Source: Balanoglossus misakiensis (taxonomy: Eukaryota > Animalia > Hemichordata). Taken from it: a stretch of DNA of 64,000 nt. Within the stretch, counting starts at the first letter, position 1. Each line of letters starts with the position of its first letter. Below are positions 25,477-36,280 of the stretch, piece by piece. Under the pieces are notes generated by a model. The model was not told the origin of the DNA and did no database searches. It worked only from the letters and a program-made list of their open reading frames with translations. The translations under genes were made by a program, and so were the position numbers. The stretch lies in the NCBI GenBank assembly GCA_040954595.2, contig CM082598.2, forward strand, positions 3,716,565-3,780,564, in the 5' to 3' direction.

Positions 25477-28191
25477 ATGTCTTCCTTGGACGAAATCAAG
25501 AGCGGTCTGCAGGAGTCGCTGGCCGCCGGAATGGAGAAGTCAATCGACGAGGCCAACCTGAGAGCCGACGACATCCTGGCCAAGACCGGCGACTACACCA
25601 ACCCGAGACACTGGTACCATAGCAACTACGCCGGTCACATGATCCGGCTGATGGCGCGATCGTCCACGTCCAGCGCCTACGCGGCCGCGCTGGCCCCCAA
25701 CGACGACGACGACGGCAAGAGCGACGAGCGCTCCGCGTTCACCGCCGACGAGCAGGTGCTGCGGAACCTGCGCAACCTGGAAGAGTTGGACCGGGAGCTG
25801 CGCAGGTCGTACCGGGAGAGCACGGAGTCGCAGAGGCCCAGGGGAAAAGTTGGGAAGAAAGGAAAGAAGGGAAAATTGGTGTGGAAGAGACGACAGACGT
25901 GGCCGCAAGCCTGTGAGAGTGGTGACGTTATGGCCAACGGCGGCCACGCTGTAAGTGTGACCGTGGACAGTAGCTCTACAACTCTCGACAGCCCGCGCTC
26001 GGAACAGGAATCAAACCCAAATCTGACTCCAGGGGAGCGTCCCGGTGGTCTTCCGTCACCAATATCCACGGAGATGGAACAGTACCGCATGGCCAAGGGC
26101 CAGACATCGAGCCAGGATCAGAAGGCTGACACTGAAGAAGTATTGGAGGCGTACAACCGTAAACCCAACCCCAAAGTCGACACCCTGCCGAACATCCACG
26201 CCCATTTTCTCCCGAGGGAGCAGCGAGCGAACAACATCAAGCCAAACGCGAGCGTGTCGTTCGAGGACAAGAATGACCACGAGGCCGCGCTGCCGTCCAT
26301 CGAAATCGATATGCGCAAATCTGGCGAGTCGCCGGAGAACGGAGAGCGGGGCAGAACGAAGAAAAAAGTCCGGCATCGACCGGTGCACAAGGACGACGGC
26401 GACAAAGTGCAACTTCCCATGATAGACGACCTTGTGCGCGTGCGCGAACTGAGGAGGAAGGACCCGTCGCATTTGACGGAGACCGATCGGCAGAATCGCG
26501 AGTACGTGAACGGTTGGATTCACAAGCTGAACAGGGGAGCCTCGGGGAAGACCAGAGCCAAGAAGGACAAATTCCAGAAGGAACTAAAGAGGAACCTCGA
26601 CCCGGGGATGTACAAAGGGGCGAACGAGAAAAAGGACGTGGAGCCGAAACCGAATCACGTGTTCATGCTACCGGACAATCCGCTGGCGCCATTGCCGCAG
26701 AAATACCCAGAACTGACGAAGAACGAGAAGCCGTTCGCAGGAATGTATTTTCACACTTTGCGTCAAAAATCAGCATACCAACTCAAAATGAAACAGATGA
26801 ACAAATCATTAAGGCGGTACAGAAGGAAGGAGGTACCTCGGACTGTCTCCTCCGGTGGCAGCAGTACTAGCGATTTTAACTCCAAGATTTCTAAAGTTGA
26901 GAACAAAATCGACGCGATCGGGAGTGAAATTGGGAAATTGTATCACTCAACGGCGTCTCTGCAGAGAATCGTGAACAGAGACGCGCCGAAAAGTAAAAGC
27001 GAGGCGACTTCGACCCGCGACGAGCTTGCAATAGACGCAACGCCGGTCCCCCTTTCTCCGGTGAAAAGGGCGGAAGTCCATGAACCAGTCGAGCAGACGA
27101 CAAAAAGTGACCAAAATGGCGGCGGCGACCGAACTGAGGAAACCAATTATAGCAGTACCCATGTCAATGGAGAAGACAGTGAGACGTTGGTTCAAACAGA
27201 ACAGGGTGAAAGTACAGAGAGTAGACAGGACGGTTCTGCCGAGAAAACCAAAGAGGAAACAGACGAGGAACTTCTCGAAGACAAGGACAAGAATGCTCCC
27301 AAATATTCTAATGATAAAATCGTTGTCAAGGAGAAAAAGGACAACAGCAAACTTTCGGTCGTTACTCTAGAGATGGATAAATCACGAACTTCTAGTATTA
27401 ACACAAAAGACCCTGACGACTCAGCTGCAAATTCGGTGTTTTCCATGGCAACGGCGCACACTGGTGAGGCCAAAGACGACGAGGGGAGTGAAGAAGCAGC
27501 AAACAGACTCCTCTCTAGGAAAACTTCTCCTAAATCTCCGGTAAAAGAACCGATGAAAAAGTTCAACAAACTGGAACCGTTCAACGAGAAAAGAGTCGAT
27601 ACGGTGGCCGAGAGCGACGACGACAAACGGAAAATGGATTCCGGCGAGGGTGCAAAAAGTGATGACGTGGCACACAGAGACTGTGAATCTGGCAACGTCG
27701 AGGGAAATGACGTCAGTGACAACGTTAAAGACGAAGGGTGTGCTGCCTCTGCTGTTGAAAACGGCGGCAGTGACGTCATCGGCGAGAAAACCGGTGTCGA
27801 AAACGGGGCGCAGAAAGACAAGGACGCTGCCGACGAGGAATCTGGAATTGGTAATCACCTGACCAAGGATGTCAGAGATGCCAGCACTGGCGATGACGGT
27901 GGAAACGATGGGAAAACCGACAACAGCAATGGTAATGGCAGTGACGAAGGCAAAACAAACCATGTTCAAGGAGACAACAATGTCGACGGACAGAAGTGCG
28001 AAACTGACGCTCTTTCTGAAAACCAGTCGCATGCGGATAACGCCGAACAAAAGCCAGAAACCAACAAAGACCAAAATGTCGACGTGAACACTTGCAACAG
28101 CGCCACGGACGATAAAAACGGCAACGATGAGAGCAAATCTGAGTTGAAAACGGACGAGCAAAATGACGATACCCACAGTGGAAATGGCTAA
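25477..28191 (+). CDS. Orphan gene C, ~904 aa, single coding exon with D/E/N/G-rich disordered C-terminal half
   Basis: The acceptor ttctgttgttgattttgcag|25421 is followed by an in-frame TGA at 25423. The first ATG is at 25477 (accATGt, MSSLDEIK). Strong GC3 bias in the 5' part. AATAAA at 29012. Candidate 5' exon donors end at 19792, 22584 and 23592. Confidence 0.82.
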   Translation: MSSLDEIKSGLQESLAAGMEKSIDEANLRADDILAKTGDYTNPRHWYHSNYAGHMIRLMARSSTSSAYAAALAPNDDDDGKSDERSAFTADEQVLRNLRNLEELDRELRRSYRESTESQRPRGKVGKKGKKGKLVWKRRQTWPQACESGDVMANGGHAVSVTVDSSSTTLDSPRSEQESNPNLTPGERPGGLPSPISTEMEQYRMAKGQTSSQDQKADTEEVLEAYNRKPNPKVDTLPNIHAHFLPREQRANNIKPNASVSFEDKNDHEAALPSIEIDMRKSGESPENGERGRTKKKVRHRPVHKDDGDKVQLPMIDDLVRVRELRRKDPSHLTETDRQNREYVNGWIHKLNRGASGKTRAKKDKFQKELKRNLDPGMYKGANEKKDVEPKPNHVFMLPDNPLAPLPQKYPELTKNEKPFAGMYFHTLRQKSAYQLKMKQMNKSLRRYRRKEVPRTVSSGGSSTSDFNSKISKVENKIDAIGSEIGKLYHSTASLQRIVNRDAPKSKSEATSTRDELAIDATPVPLSPVKRAEVHEPVEQTTKSDQNGGGDRTEETNYSSTHVNGEDSETLVQTEQGESTESRQDGSAEKTKEETDEELLEDKDKNAPKYSNDKIVVKEKKDNSKLSVVTLEMDKSRTSSINTKDPDDSAANSVFSMATAHTGEAKDDEGSEEAANRLLSRKTSPKSPVKEPMKKFNKLEPFNEKRVDTVAESDDDKRKMDSGEGAKSDDVAHRDCESGNVEGNDVSDNVKDEGCAASAVENGGSDVIGEKTGVENGAQKDKDAADEESGIGNHLTKDVRDASTGDDGGNDGKTDNSNGNGSDEGKTNHVQGDNNVDGQKCETDALSENQSHADNAEQKPETNKDQNVDVNTCNSATDDKNGNDESKSELKTDEQNDDTHSGNG

Positions 28192-28644
28192 TATGTGTTA
28201 ATTATCAGGTAATTATAATGCCTGCAACAAGCAAAAATCGATAGACATCCAAAAAAATTAAAGAAACATACGGAAATGAATTTATTTACTATCTATGCTG
28301 CAAGTACGAATAGGAACCGAGCTGAAAGTCTGCCCTCTAGTGGTCATTATCATAGATACTTTCCATCACTCCAATAGCTCCAACGCATTTCTGTCTTTTT
28401 ATGTTACATTTGGTATAATATTGGCTGTATCAGTTAGATTCTATTCTGAAACTGTGACAAAATATATGATATTCAGTATCTCCTAAAATATTTCCGCCTG
28501 TGAATGTTGAATGCCAAAGAACAGTAAAACTGTAGCAAATAGTCGTGTTTCATGTTCAAATTTTAGAAGGAAGTGACACAAGAAATATAGTCACAAATTT
28601 TCTGATTCCGTCCAAACTTTTATGAGAGTACCAGAAGTATATCT

Positions 28645-28960
28645 GTCACCATGGTGACACCACCTTTTTCTTCGTAAATACGCGCAGGTTGTTATGTTTA
28701 ATTACAGTATGCACATGATATTCGGTCGTTGCCGTGGCAACACCGATTCTCAACTCCAAAGTTGCCATGGTTACTTTCCGAAGAAACGTAACAACAATAA
28801 TCAAGTCATTGCCAAAAGATGACAACGACCCCTTAATGTGAAATGTCTCGTTACCAGATCAAGTACATTTTTGGGTTTCTTGAAATTCAATTTATATTAT
28901 AATCTCTTCATTTACATGTAACAGAAAACATTAACGCAAAGATGTAGTTTCCATGGTAGC
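28645..28960. promoter_or_regulatory. Cluster of four X-box-like palindromes
   Basis: gtcaccatggtgac (28645), gttgccgtggcaac (28728), gttgccatggttac (28761), gtttccatggtagc (28947). Confidence 0.45.
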
Positions 28961-29075
28961 GCGACTTACGATTACATGTTCAGCTTCTATTAATATTATT
29001 ATTATCGATGCAATAAACTTTAGCAAAACAGTACAGTTATATATTCAATTAATGATAATTGTTTGACTTTTATCA

Positions 29076-29310
29076 GTATGTATGTATGTATGTATGTATG
29101 TATGTATGTATGTATGTATGTATGTATGTATGTATGTATGTATGTATGTATGTATGTACATGTAGGTATGTACGTATGTATGTATGTATGTATGTGTGTA
29201 TGTATGTATGTATGTATGTATGTATGTATGTATGTATGTATGTATGTATGTATGTATGCATGTATGTATGTATGTATGCATGCATGCATGCATGTATGTA
29301 TGTATGTATG
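29076..29310. repeat. (TATG)n microsatellite
   Basis: Direct reading of the sequence. Confidence 0.97.
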
Positions 29311-29850
29311 TCCCTATGTAGTTAGTAGGTATGCTTCAAAATTTTAGTCTTTTTAAAGGGTAAAGACTGCCGTTGTATTTAGGTAGACACGATCGATCAC
29401 AAGTTTTATTTTGGTGACTGTTTTCGGCACAATGATATGGTCGACCGAGTGGCTAGTTTTTCGCCTTTACATGTCGATTGTTGTCTTGCCTGCTCAGCTG
29501 TGTCGGTCCTTTTTGTCACGTGAGACCAATCTGCGGCGCAGGAGACAGGGTGGATGACAAATGACTTCATGTGCACAAAGCTTGACGTGGTAACAGAGAT
29601 CTAAGTATTACACGCAGGATACAAATTGGCCAGTCTGTCAGATTGGCCAAGGGCGAAGATTTGACGCTGTCGCAGAACTGACAGATAGGTGAGTGGTTTA
29701 ATAATTTCCGGAGAAAATTCTTTGATGTGTGGCAACTGCGCACATTTCCACCGTGGAAGTATTTTCTGCTCAAATGACTGTTTAATTTGACCATTTGGTT
29801 TAGTCATCTTTTGATTGGCCCAAAGTACAGCGATACTACATTAAAATTCT

Positions 29851-29943
29851 ATAACCCTGTCACTCCCAGTTCCCTCTTTAGTGGTCCAAACTTACCATAG
29901 GAAACAAAGAGATTGGACTGAACCATGGTGGTGAAAGGGTTAA
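29851..29943 (+). mobile_element. MITE family R1, copy 2
   Basis: ataaccctgtcac...ggtggtgaaagggttaa, with terminal inverted repeats. Confidence 0.7.
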
Positions 29944-31519
29944 AAGAACTTTCCATTGATATATAGCTCCTGGATGTAAAAAGTTTGTTAGACCAAGAAC
30001 ATTCTGATTAATATATATGTCACGAATCCGTAAGCGTGGACCATGGGCTACCTTAAAGTAACATACACTCTTGATATCCTCAAGATCACATATCATCACT
30101 TACAAGTTGTTCAATGAATGTTAGTTAACAGAAACAATCAGCCGTGGATGTTTAACTGGAACGAGCGAGAAGTTTGTTCAGAGCCGTCTTTTCGGGAGGG
30201 GGGGGGGAGAAAAGTGCTAAGTGACCTACTGTGACCTAATTACGTTAAACAATGCAACCACTCATGCGCAATCTCCATTCTTGTTCAGAAACTCGACCTT
30301 GTCAATCGAATACATGAAACGAGATTTCATTCAATAGTGTCTTCAACAGAATGGTATGACACGTCCCTTGAATGATATACTCTCTCTCTTTGTTAAGATT
30401 CAGTCAACCTTTAAACTAATAAATTCAGCTCAATACGACGATTTGAGCGGCTCTGGCCAAAAGAACTATGACATATTTTCGTATCGATTTTTTTTCTTCA
30501 AATTGTTCCAAAAGATAATGAGTTAAAAAGACTTTGTTGAGATAATTTGGCGTCAATCAAAAGTTACTTTGCGATTGGCTTTTGTTAGACTTGATATATT
30601 TACTACCACTATCACGTGATCATGGCTTAGTACCATCACAAAGATCATCCAAACTATAATCAGATGAATAGCTAGAACGCAACAACGTCAACTTCAACAA
30701 AACCACAAGCAGCAAAGTTCACCAAAACTGTTGACGTGCAGAAGGCAACGTACAAAATTTGCACCAACTGACCGCCGACGCCAATGGCGCCCCAAACGGC
30801 GGTGCTGACATTTCCTTCGATCCTGAAATTCTGGTAGCACTATCACAACATTGCATCAACTGGTGGCCAATCACGGTATATAAGCTGTCTATTGAAGCCT
30901 AATAGGAATTTTATTGACACAAATTATGCAACATTCGAAGAACTTAATACTTGGGGTCCTAATTTCGGCAGAACTGTTGACTGGCTTGGGGGACTCTCTG
31001 CTGACATATGACAATGACATTGAGTCCGTCACACATTATATAGTTGACATTTGTCTTGTTCGTTAGTTAAAAAAATGTGATGATTTAATAGTATATCATT
31101 TCCATGGTCAACTTCAATCAATCTTTCGAGTCTGTTTTTTCTATCACGAATTCGTGTATCTGGCAACGATTTCAAACACGGAGTCCGAATCACCGATTCT
31201 TCTATTTAAATCCTGACTTATTCATAGTTATGTCCAAAGTTCAATAGGCTAAATTTACATTTAATGACTAATGTATACATTTGAAATATCACGTATCTTT
31301 TATCTGCAGCTGGGATTTGAGAATTTTATATAACGATTACCAAACAATCACATCTATCTACAGTTTGTTTATTTGACTCATTGGTTAAAGGGTGTTGGGT
31401 ATTAGATTTGAATAGGTGGTGTGCTCTTTCATGCAAATATGCACAAACTTTCAAATTAACAAACTTGATTATATATTTTATTAAATAATGACATTATTAA
31501 GTTCTACATCATTATTGCC

Positions 31520-31600
31520 GCGTGACGTCATGGCATAGCAACACGTAGCTGGCCCCACGGAAATGTGATCGGGCTGTGAGTGTTGCCATGGCGATGAACC
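31520..31600 (+). promoter_or_regulatory. CRE + RFX X-box promoter module upstream of the gene D distal exon
   Basis: TGACGTCA at 31523-31530, half-site catagcaac directly after it, and GTTGCCATGGCGAT at 31582-31595, ~200 bp before the ATG at 31788. Confidence 0.55.
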
Positions 31601-31787
31601 GGGCGCCATGATATGGAGGTGCAAAAAATCCGCCTCCGTGAGTTAAGTAGTTTGTTTGTTGTCAATAGTAGTGTGTGGTAAGCCAGCTGAAGTCAGACGT
31701 CTGACTGGGACATAGGTGGTCGCTGAACGTACCACTACTTGAAAAACCTCGCACTTTGATACTCCGCTCAGAACGTCGAGAGACACA

Positions 31788-31882
31788 ATGGCGGCAACGT
31801 CGATGTCCCAGCCTCTCCCGATGCTGAAAAGCCACGGCCGAAAACACAAGACGTGTTTCGGATGCCCGACCTGTCGTTCCAG
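31788..31882 (+). CDS. Alternative distal first coding exon of orphan gene D (MAATSMSQPLPMLKSHGRKHKTCFGCPTCRS-R)
   Basis: acaATGGCG Kozak context, 95 nt open frame, strong donor CAG|gtgagt in phase 2 matching the acceptor at 43480. Preceded by a CRE and an X-box. Confidence 0.6.
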
Positions 31883-34800
31883 GTGAGTCCGCGGCACATT
31901 ATCCGCCTTTACACAACTCCATGTAAGGCACTGCGTTGCACAGTCCACTCATGGACTGTCTTGCCCGCCTTGCACCAAGACTGATCTGGCACGAAGCCAC
32001 AGACACTTGTCGCAGACCGAAATCCTGCGGGAGTTTTGGCCATTATTCGCTAATATCGCACCATTTACCACAACAATCACAGACAATCCACACACAGGTA
32101 CATGTACACCCCGCGTTTTCTGTGCGAGTTACTTCCAGGTACATACCACGAAAGCCACAACAGGTGTTTTCGTGTGTCTATACCTGTAACTCGTGACCCT
32201 TGACACGTCGGACTCGATTAAAATTGACGATATATGACCAGACCTCGTTAAAAGTGCGTGCACATTTCGCAGTAGCCGAAGCAAAACTGGCGACTAAAGG
32301 TCCATTTTGAAAACTGCCACAACGCTTAGAACATAGTCTAATATGACAGTTGTCAATTCAATATACAAGGTTATATTCTATATACAAGTTCTTCTCCCAG
32401 ACGAACGAAAGAGTTCACATATTACTAAAACATTCTTGATTACCTCTCTCGAAATTCACTTAATTTAACAAGTCTAGCTGAATTCATGACGTCACAGTTG
32501 AACTAACTGACTTAATGTACTGAAAAATAAGTATATGGAATAAAATGATACGGTTTCTTGTGTTTGCTTGATCGACTGGCGAAACGAACAAGCTAGAACT
32601 GAAACACGACCAGTTCTAGATGTTTGCCATGCCAACTAATCGATATTCTAATATTACTGATGAGGAAGTAGTTACATAGTGAAACATAGGTACATTTTGT
32701 CTTAAGTTACAGAAGATGTAAGCTCGCCAAATATATGCAGACCACGTATTAACAGTGGTACCGCACTGGTGCACCACATTCACGGCGCACGAACAACTTC
32801 ATCGCGTGGGAAAATCGATTCTCCTCACGCTCTCGAATTTCGTCCCCATCTATTTTTCGAGGAGCCATCTCCGTTGTTGAGCTTCGCGTGTTTGCTCTGA
32901 GTAGCTTATGTTGACTCGAGACACTCAACGTTATCCATTAGGAATCTCAAATATCGAGGGAACGATTTCAGTTCTTTGAACGTGGCTAAGAGTCGAGTCA
33001 ATACCCCCGGAGGTGTGTACTTTGAAAAGTACGTTATCTCGTTCTTGCGAATTGAATTCAAACACCAGGAAAATTTATTACGTGTGGAAAGGCGCTTTTT
33101 GCGTGTATTCTTTGTTGGGCTACTCTGAAAGGCATCGGTGGTGTATAATCACGTTCGTTTGTCGACCAACCGTGGTCTAATTGGCGTTAAGGCTCACCGT
33201 TGCTTCGGTTTAAATCCGCATTGTCTCGCCGAGCTGTCGTTTGTTGTCCCCGTGTATTGAAATCCCAGGAGTAACCGTGCGAAACAAGCGGTAACAAACA
33301 AAACGCACCCTTGTCGCAACGTGCAAGTCAGGCGCCTCTGCAAGTATCGCTCCGTGTCTGTGGTACGGCCGTGAACGAGCAATATAAAGCCTTTTGTGTT
33401 TAGTTACAATTCGGAAATCGTATTATTGGGAGAGAGATAGAATGTTGTCTTTTGTTCGTTTGCTTGTAAGGCAGGCCAGGTACAGGCCGTAGGTGACGAC
33501 GAACAATCACAGCCAAAATCTCTACCGAAATCGGGCAACTAAAGTTCTTCCATTGTCTTCAATGTGAGTGACGTAATTTTCTCTGTACATCGGTAAGATT
33601 AGCAATGCAATTAAAGGTACACGTGGGCGTACGGCCGCCTATGCAAATTTAACCACTGTTTCCAGTTGGGATCTAACCAATCACAGATTTTCACTTAGGT
33701 GACCACGAGTTGCTTTGGAGAATTATTGAATTATTTTCTAAGGTATTCTTCAGGGCGAATTTTACGTTCGCCTACGCTGATAATTGCACAGTAAATTCTG
33801 GCTGAGTGAATTCTTGCCAGTGTCGTTCCATTTACTTAACTTCGGTACACATTGAGATGGGATTTGTCGTTTTTCAGTTGACCTGTGTCTACTGACCCGT
33901 CTTGCGTGTTTTGAAAGTCGATAGGAGGACTTAATGGTCTGTTGTGAGTCGCGTAGGATTAAATGCCGAAAATAGAACGATTTGTAAAAGCATACATCAT
34001 GGCTGTATCGTGTCAGCGTGACGTGTTCTATAAACGTGACAGTTAATAAAAAAGGGCGAAGTTTAAGCCTACGAACCAAATTTATTTGACAGTTTCTGAC
34101 TACAGCGAAGGATATGTTCCAATTGAAATGTAAACGTTAGCACACCCATTTCACTCGCAGATGTCAATTTCCATCAACTTAGCTGAACACGATTTGAGCT
34201 AATTTGGGGACAACTACATGTCGAACTCGTGATAAAATGTGTACTGATCTAAGCAGGGGCATGCATACTAGGCTCTCGATGTAGAAATCATTTTGTTCAA
34301 ATGGCAAAAATTTGACTTCATCTTCAAATGCAACTCGTTTTGAGAGTTTTTTCGTGCGCAATTATCTTAAAATTGTTCTCAATCGTGTTGCTGTTGAACA
34401 CTTATGCAAATCTTGGTAACAATAGGCCGTGGATTGCCAACCACACTTTTTATACGGAAGAGCTTTTAAAACGCTGTCGATGAGCATTTATTTTCTTTAG
34501 AAAATCTAACCACTGCGTCAAACAACACTGCCATCTCCCAAGACCTTCTTTTATCACGTACAAGCAAAGTGCCTATTTTGGTTAAACAACACTTGGGCAA
34601 TTTTGCACGGTTGCATTGTTGCGCAGTCTGTTATTTGAAGCGATGAAGTCAAAATGCCAGTAGCTATTAAAATCCACTTCAGTGTTTGGCCTTTTTGCAC
34701 GCATTCAGTTCTGTCACTATAAAGCCGCACTCTCCTGTCACTAAGACTACAACATGGCGGAATCGCGAAGCCGTTGCATTCAAAGAGTCTCCAATAGAAC

Positions 34801-36000
34801 ACGTGTATGTTACATACAATGCAACCAAGCTACATGCAAGTAAAATACCATGTCTGCCACCCTTCAGAGCGTTTATCTCCAGTTAAATTTACAAATATTT
34901 ATACTTAAACGTCATTTTTGACGAACACATCATCAAATCGTTTGCAGACACGCGCGAAAATAAAATTGGACGTCGATGATTTAATTGCATATTCTTAAAT
35001 CAAACCAATATTTAAGGAGATTTCAAAGCAGCCAGGATGCATGGATAGAAGCGACTAGGCTCAAATCGAACATTGTGTGTTCGATGACTAGCTTTTGGAC
35101 TTTCCTTTGCAGTATGTATGTTTATAACCCGCGTCACAGTCTCTCGTGGTGGAAGGACTGTGTGTAGTTTTCGGTAAGTAAAACATATTACAACCGTTGA
35201 GGCATTGAAGGTAAAACTATCCATAAGTATAACGTTACTTCTTTTTGTCATTGTGAGTAAATGGTCCATAAAATTACCTGCTCGGGTGAAACTATACGCA
35301 CAAACAAGCTATAAACAGGCTCTGAATTATATCACTCTGTAAAAATACAGTAGAAAAGAATAAGATGACCTTTTCACCTCACCAGTTCCTTCCAAATACA
35401 ACAAAAATCAATAGAAGCCGCAATAGAATAGGTTGTAGGTGTGTAGTTTGGTTTGAACTGGTTGACACAACCGCTACTTCACGCAGTACTCTAGGCTATG
35501 TCGTAATGCGTGATTTACGTGATGTGCGTTGAAGGTAAACACACAAATGCCAAAAGAAACGCATATTTTTGATGGTTGCCCAGACTACAACCACTCAAGG
35601 TGGGAACGTGGGTAAAATACGGGTCGAACTAACCAAAAGAGCAACATCAGGTCAAAAATTGATCGAAAATATCACAGTGTACATAATGTGCTTAAGCGAG
35701 CAAACGACAAAAAATATCCACAATCGACGGAAGAAAACCTTCAAATCCAAATACAGCTCCTTCTAAAATGAACTACACGCACAGACAAATTTTCAGTTCG
35801 TCCAGATGCATGCTGTATGAACATGGACACACAAAATAAGGTCTTTGACTTGGCTAAAAATGCGTATTGATTTTATTGAGAATGCGTCAACATGTATGTA
35901 ATAAATGTGTAAATGTTTAAACGCCAGGGTTAGAGGTTATCAGGCATTTTAACTGTCTGCATCAAAGTGCGAGAAAAATCGATAAAATCACGTGACCAAC

Positions 36001-36280
36001 TGCGACGATAATTTCACATCATTAATTAACAATTATCGTAAGTTATCTCTCCGATATCATCAAGGTTCTTAGATACGAATTTATACACGTAGCCGTGGTT
36101 CTTAACAAAAATCGTGGTTCTTATGTTTTTTCTGCCTTAAAAGTCAAAAATATTCGAGGTTCTAGCTTTTAAAGTCATATTTTTAGTCGATGCGACGATA
36201 ATTTCTCATTATTAATTAACAATTATTGTAATTTATCCCTCCGACATAATCAAGGTTCTTAGATACGAATTTATACACGT
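36001..36280. repeat. ~90-bp direct repeat, two copies 190 bp apart
   Basis: tgcgacgataatttc...caaggttcttagatacgaatttatacacgt at ~36001 and ~36191. Confidence 0.8.

Noticed and set aside
29020-29347. YIHT/MYVC-repeat ORFs (also 54071-54508)
   Set aside because: They are translations of (TATG)n microsatellites.
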